Assembly: GCA_964016885.1 (NCBI GenBank)
Contig: CAXHJY010001503.1
Coordinates: forward strand, 1 to 18,494
DNA: 18,494 bases
Direction of reading: 5' to 3'
From: Eledone cirrhosa
Lineage: Eukaryota
This document shows, piece by piece, positions 11,400 to 18,494 of the stretch (position 1 is the first letter of the stretch; each line of letters begins with the position of its first letter). The notes beneath the pieces are model-generated. The model did not search any database, was not told the DNA's origin, and worked only from the letters and a program-made list of their open reading frames with translations. The translations under genes and the position numbers were made by a program.

Positions 11400-11945
11400 T
11401 TGGGATAGGTTAGGGTTAGGGTTAGGATTAGAGTTAGGGTTAGGGTTAGGACTGTGTTTAATTTGTGTTAGGTTTATTTTTAGGGCTATGGTTCTGTTAG
11501 GGTTAGTGTTGTGTTAGGGTTAGGGTTGCGTTAGTTTTAGGGTTAGGGTTGTGTTAAGTTTGTGTTATAGATTTAGTTTTATAGATAGGGTTCGGGTTGT
11601 GTTAGTTTTAGGGTTGTGTTAGTTTTAGGGTTAGGCTAGGGTTAGGGTTGTGTTAAGTTTGTGTTATAGATTTAGTTTTATAGATAGGATTGGGTTAGGG
11701 CTAGGGCTGTGTTAAGTTTGTGATAGGTTTAGTTTTAGAGATAGGGTTGTGTTAGTTTTAGGGTTAGGGTTAATGTCTATTTAGAATTAAGGTTGTGTTA
11801 CCGCTAGTGCTGTGTTAGGATTAGGGTTAGCGTTAGTGTTGTGTTATGGTATGGGTTAGGGTTAGTTTAAGGGTTAGGGTTAGTTTATGGGTTGTGTTAG
11901 CATTAGTGTTAGGGTTAAAGCCTGTGTTAGAGTTTAGGGTTGTTA
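11400..11945 (+). repeat. Degenerate (TTAGGG)n telomere-like interstitial tract
   Basis: Runs such as ggttagggttagggttagg are interspersed with ttgtgttag and ttagtttta variants. Confidence 0.85.
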
Positions 11946-12625
11946 ACAACATCATCATCACCAACATCAACAAATATCAACATCACCTTCAGCAAAACAA
12001 CAACGACATCATTAACAACAATAACAACACAATGTTATCATAATCAACACTGGCAATATCATGACCATCACCATGATCATCACCACCACCACCACCACCA
12101 CCATCAACAACTACACAACAGCATCATACTCATCATCACCATCAAAACAATCATCATAATCATTATGATCACCACCATCACGGACCACCACCATCCTCAC
12201 CACCATCACCACAATCAACACCATCATCCTCACCACCAGCATCACCACCACTACCATTACCACCACCACCACCATCACCACCACCATCACCACCAACACC
12301 ACCAACACCACCATCATCATCACCACCACCATCACCACCACCATTCTCACCACCACCATTACCACCACCACCATTATCCTCATCACCACCACCACCACCA
12401 TCATCCTCACCACCACCACCACCACCACCGCCATCCTCATCCTCACCACCACCATCACCACCACCATTCTCACCACCACCACCATTACCACCACCACCAC
12501 CACCATCATTATCCTCACCACCACCACCACCATCCTCACCATTACCACCACCACCACCGCCGCCACCGCCATTACCACCACCACCACCATTACCACCATC
12601 ACCACCACCACCATCATCAACAACG
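11946..12625. repeat. Degenerate (AAC/ATC)n grading into (CAC/CAT)n trinucleotide repeat
   Basis: Direct reading; it is the source of the poly-His, poly-Gly and poly-Val ORFs. Confidence 0.92.
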
Positions 12626-12636
12626 ACTGCTGACAC

Positions 12637-12723
12637 AGAATTATAAGGCGGATATGTGGTGGGGAGAAGACAATACTTTATAAGCAGCCATGTAATAACG
12701 TCGTATAAGTCTTTCGTGTTAGC
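12637..12723 (-). CDS. Candidate exon (ANTKDLYDVITWLLIKYCLLPTTYPPYNS), 3' boundary uncertain
   Basis: Acceptor-like atatttttcCAG at 12724-12735 on the minus strand, with only one frame open. The donor is weak (GTGTCA). Confidence 0.2.
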
Positions 12724-12896
12724 CTGGAAAAATATAATCATTTAACAAAATAGATTTCATTCACTGAGGAAATTATTGGCGTCAAAAGTTTCCTTCATCA
12801 AGCAAAGACCAGCAATACAATAGTGAAATTTATATTAAACTTACTAGACCGTATGAAAATGATTGGAGAAAAGAAACCATTTTATCTATATCTACT

Positions 12897-13135
12897 ATGT
12901 ATGTATATATATGTGTGTATGTATGTATGTATATATATATATGTATATGTATATATATATATGTATATGTATATATGTATATGTATATATATATATATGT
13001 ATATGTATATATATGTATTTATATATATATGTATATGTATATATATATGTATATGTATATATATATATATGTATATGTATATATATATGTATATGTATAT
13101 ATATATGTATATATATATGTATATGTATATTATAT

Positions 13136-13169
<34 letters not shown>

Positions 13170-13433
13170 GTATATGTATATATATATATGTATATGTATA
13201 TATATATGTATATGTATATATATATGTATATGTATATGTATATATATATATGTATATATATGTATGTATATGTATATGTATATATGTATATGTATATATA
13301 TATATATGTATGTATATATATATGTATATATATATATGTATGTATGTATATATATATCATATATATATATCATATATATATATATACATATATATATATA
13401 CATATATACATATATATATATATACATATATAT

Positions 13434-13474
<41 letters not shown>

Positions 13475-13500
13475 TATTTATTTATATATGTACACATATA
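12897..13500. repeat. (TA)n/(TATG) microsatellite switching to (TACA) polarity near 13355
   Basis: Direct reading. Confidence 0.95.
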
Positions 13501-13694
13501 TAATTATATTGTTTTTTTTTTGTATTTTCATTATTGCGGTGTGCTTACGTGTGTGTGTAAGATTGTGTATATGTGTGTGTGTGAGTGTATATGTAAGATT
13601 GTGTATATGTGTGTATGTATGTGGCTGTGTGTAGGTGCGCGTGTTTTGTATTTTTTCGAATCAATCGTTTTGTTTATGACTAAATAATGGTCTT

Positions 13695-13697
<3 letters not shown>

Positions 13698-13733
<36 letters not shown>

Positions 13734-13771
13734 TACATATATACGTACATATATATGTATATATATATACT

Positions 13772-13802
<31 letters not shown>

Positions 13803-14486
13803 GTACATACGTATGCATCTATATATATATATATATATATACATGTATATATAAGTATATAGTGTATATATACATACGTGTATGTACGTGTATATATATA
13901 CATATCTACATCTATCTATCTATATACATATCTACCTATATATATATACATATCTATCTATCTATCTATATACATATCTACCTATATATATATACATATC
14001 TATCTATCTATCTATCTATCTATATATCTATCTATATATATATACATATCTATCTATATATCTATCTCTATATATATATACATATCTATCTATCTATCTA
14101 CATATCTATCTACATATCTATCTATCTACACATCTATCTACATATCTATCTATATACATATCTATATATCTATATACATATCTATCTATCTATATACATA
14201 TCTATCTATATAGATATCTATCTATCTATCTATCTATCTATATACATATCTATCTATCTATCTATATACATATCTATCTATCTATCTATATATCTATATA
14301 CATATCTATCTATCTATATATATCTATATACATATCTATCTATCTATATATATCTATATACATATCTATCTATCTATCTATATACATATCTATCTATCTA
14401 TCTATATCTATATACATATCTATCTATCTATCTATATCTATATACATATCTATCTATCTATCTATATCTATATACATATCTATCTA

Positions 14487-14558
<72 letters not shown>
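13698..14558. repeat. (TA)n/(CA)n then (TATC)n compound microsatellite ending in pure (TA)n
   Basis: Direct reading. Confidence 0.95.
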
Positions 14559-14560
<2 letters not shown>

Positions 14561-14744
14561 GATTCTGAAGTACTTTTTTTTGTCCCGAGGAAAAACTATC
14601 CGTCCGGATATAAATGATATCTTATGTTTCATAAAAAAGATTTATTTAACACTTTTGTTATTACAAGCCAGTATCACTCCCCTGTTCTCCCTCTCTCCCG
14701 CCATCACCGTCTCACCTACTCTCTTTACTGTTATTAGTATTCTT

Positions 14745-14828
14745 GCTATTGTTGTTGTTATTGTTGTTGCTAATATAGCGCTAGTAGTAGCGACATTATT
14801 GTTTGTTGTTGTAGTAGTAGTAGTAGTA
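14745..14828. repeat. Short (GTT)n/(GTA)n triplet repeats
   Basis: Direct reading. Confidence 0.75.
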
Positions 14829-14934
14829 AGTTTTCAAATGTTATCTGTAACAGAGTTTCGATTTTTAGTTATAGCAATTGCCCGTTCTGTTCCATACACA
14901 ATATATATTTTACTGTATAGTAAGAGATCGAAGA

Positions 14935-15100
14935 AAGTGGTGAGGTAGTAGAGTTGCCAGATAGAATGCTTTGCGGTATTCATTTTGACTTTCAACTCTC
15001 TACTCAAGTAGAGAGTTCAAAGTCCCGCCGAAGTCAACTTTGCATTTCATCCTTTCGAAGTCGATAATAAAGTAACAGTCTGATACTGAGATCGACTATT
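14935..15100 (+). mobile_element. Degenerate tRNA-derived SINE
   Basis: B-box-like gagttcaaagtcc is followed by gccgaagtcaactttgcatttcatcctttcgaagtcgataataaagtaacag. From memory this resembles the conserved body of abundant octopus SINEs; the family name is not verified. Confidence 0.75.
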
Positions 15101-15130
15101 CCTCTATATGTTGTTCTCAATTCCTCCCTA

Positions 15131-15180
15131 TCACACACACACACACACACACTCTCTCTCTCTCTCTCTCCTCCTCCTCT
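15131..15180. repeat. (CA)n(CT)n microsatellite
   Basis: Direct reading. Confidence 0.9.
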
Positions 15181-15354
15181 GGAAGAAATAGGCTGTGTTT
15201 AGACCTGGAGACGAGATAGGCTCCGCCAAATTTAAAAATGCTCTAGAAACGCAGTATGTCAATACGACACCCCTACGGCTCCTTCAGGAGATACGAGTAA
15301 ATACATACAATTGCCATTTCCATTCCATACACTATATATTCTACTGTGGAATAA

Positions 15355-15475
15355 GAGTCAGAGTCATTAGAATGTCGGATAGAATACTTTGTTCTAGCTC
15401 TCCGCTCTGAGTTCCAATCCAGGTGAGATCAACTCTGCTTCTGAGGTTGGTAAAAAACAAGTACAAGTACTGTGG
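15355..15475 (+). mobile_element. Second, more decayed copy of the same SINE
   Basis: gatagaatactttg / gagttccaatcc / gagatcaactctgc / gaggttggtaaaaaacaagtac align in order with gatagaatgctttg / gagttcaaagtcc / gaagtcaactttgc / gaagtcgataataaagtaac of the first copy. Confidence 0.6.
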
Positions 15476-15785
15476 TTCATTCTTCTTCCTCTATATCACT
15501 TTAAATCTTTGAAGCACCGAAACCAAAATCATCTCCAGTAGTTAACTGTCAAGAAAGGTTATGTCTGTTTTGTGCGCCCCTATTTTCATATATATATAAA
15601 TATATATATATAAATTAATAAAATAATGAATAAACAAAGAAACAGTTCCTTATATTAAAAAAAATTCATCATTTTACGATCGTTTCTAGGATATATATGT
15701 GTTAGAGTTGGTATGCATATTCTATAGATCTATGTACAATATTTATACAAACTATCAGAGGGAATATACATACCTACACATATAT

Positions 15786-16181
15786 ATGCTGTCTTCAGAA
15801 ATAATGATATTTGTTTATTGAAAATAACAAAGATTCAATACAATAGGTCTGTTTGGGAACAGGTTTTGAATTGACCAATCAGGAGATAGTGAGGGTCAAT
15901 ATAGTAATATAGTATTAGAAGAACCTTAAATTATGGGTAGAGGAAGGTAGATTTCAGTTTTGGATGGAAAAGAATATTATGAATGAAGGATTATTTTAGG
16001 GAAGAAATAGGTCTTATGCTGACCTCAGAAATAATTTTATTTGTTCATTGAATAAAACCAACAAAGATCTAATATATTCTGTCTGTTTGGTAAGAGGTTT
16101 AGAATTAACCAATAGAAAGTTAATAATTGGCCAAATGGTAAAATAGTAATAATTGAAGCTATTTTATGGGTAAAAATAGGT
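15786..16181. repeat. Diverged direct duplication (~15786-15948 and ~16016-16181, period ~230 bp)
   Basis: Shared blocks occur in order: atgctg..tcagaaataat, tatttgtt.attgaa, aacaaagat, gtctgtttgg, gaatt.accaat, ttatgggta. Confidence 0.8.
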
Positions 16182-16443
16182 CAGGTGGTCAGTAAAAGGC
16201 ATTCAAGCAGTTGCTGTTATAAAATAGTAATGCCAATACAAATATCTAAGGTGACCAAAGTTTTAAGATAAGAATGTTAGTGAAAAAAAATACATCTATG
16301 AAAAGAATATAAAATTAATTTAATTGATGGGTATATTTATATTGATAAAATTATACTAATACATATAGATATGATAAATAAGAGTTAGATGCAGTTGAAA
16401 GGTGCTGTTAAAGATGAGGGGAAATTAAAAGAATATGAAAATA

Positions 16444-16446
<3 letters not shown>

Positions 16447-16493
<47 letters not shown>

Positions 16494-16679
16494 TATATAC
16501 ACATACACACATATATATATATATATATACACATATATATACACATACACACATATATATATATATATATATATACACATACACACATACACACATATAT
16601 ATATACACATATATACACTTATATATATATATATACATATATATACACATACACACATACACACATATATATATATATG

Positions 16680-16723
<44 letters not shown>

Positions 16724-16820
16724 TATATACATACATATATACATATATATATACACACATACATGCACACATACATACACATACATATACACACACATAC
16801 ACACTTATATATACATATAA
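16447..16820. repeat. (TA)n/(CA)n compound microsatellite
   Basis: Direct reading. Confidence 0.95.
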
Positions 16821-16965
16821 TTATTGGGGGGGGGGATTAAATTTATTAGTGAGAAATAGTAAATATATATAGTTTTCAAGGAACATAGAGTCATAACCTG
16901 AAGTTAAAGCATTATATATGTTTACTTAATGGTATCAGTTTTAGGAAATGATATTTGTAAGAAGG

Positions 16966-17194
16966 AAAGCAAAATTATGTAGTTCATCAGTAGTAGAATA
17001 TTAATTATAGGTTAACTAAATTAAAAATAGTTTATATATTAATTTCTGAAGTGTATATTAATGAGGTTCATAATATTTAAAGCAGAATTATGTAGTTCAT
17101 CAGTAGTAGAATATTAATTACAGGTTAACTAAATTAAAAATAATTGACATATTAATTTCTAAAGTGTATATTAATTAGGTTTATAATATTTAAA
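16966..17194. repeat. Two-copy 113-bp tandem duplication
   Basis: ttatgtagttcatcagtagtagaatattaatta occurs at 16975 and 17088, and identity continues to ataatatttaaa with scattered substitutions. Confidence 0.92.
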
Positions 17195-17374
17195 TGTTTT
17201 CAGTTTATGATTACACGCTATGGGTTAGTATTCAGTTGTGGTTTTAAGTTTTTAAGTTTTTACCGGTTGCGCATTTCTAAATGCTTTTCAAAAATAATTG
17301 AACAATTTGTCAGCATTTTCTATTCCGTTTACCAATATATAATAACTTGTGTGTTACACCTCTATTCTTTTAAC

Positions 17375-18494
<1,120 letters not shown>

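Noticed and set aside
11400-11945. True chromosome telomere
   Set aside because: The tract is highly degenerate and flanked by non-telomeric sequence on both sides.
10654-12741. Poly-His, poly-Pro/Thr, poly-Gly and poly-Val ORFs
   Set aside because: They come from (CAC)n triplet repeats open in several frames, with no supporting gene structure.
14935-15030. tRNA gene
   Set aside because: Only a B-box-like motif is present with no cloverleaf; it is better explained as a SINE head.
15493-15545. Minus-strand peptide LTTGDDFGFGASKI reminiscent of a cyclic-nucleotide-binding motif
   Set aside because: It is too short, ends in a stop and has no convincing donor site.
16984-17103. CTGATGA on the minus strand in each 113-bp unit, and CTGAAGA on the minus strand at ~15792-15798, as further hammerheads
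   Set aside because: No stem II followed by GAAA and no matching stem I were found downstream.

Overview
AT-rich eukaryotic (metazoan) DNA, most likely intronic or intergenic. The microsatellite load, the TTAGGG-type repeats and a recognisable tRNA-derived SINE suggest an octopus-like mollusc, which is an inference. Most of the window is simple repeat: (TA)n with TACA/TATG/TATC/TTTA variants, (CAC)n, and a 4.1 kb (AAC)-derived 36-bp minisatellite. Nearly all ORFs in the supplied track are artefacts of these repeats. The main discovery is a 520-bp palindrome (1008-1527, 259-bp arms, 2-nt spacer, no mismatch seen by eye) inserted in a (TA/TACA)n tract. Each arm carries a minimal type I hammerhead ribozyme motif (1324-1368 on +, 1167-1211 on -), matching the inverted pseudo-LTR architecture of Penelope-like retroelements. 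Other structure includes a 108-bp tandem array with one open 36-aa-repeat frame, a degenerate interstitial telomere-like tract, two SINE relics, two local duplications and several low-confidence candidate small exons on the minus strand. No prokaryotic genes, CRISPR array, rRNA or intact tRNA were seen.
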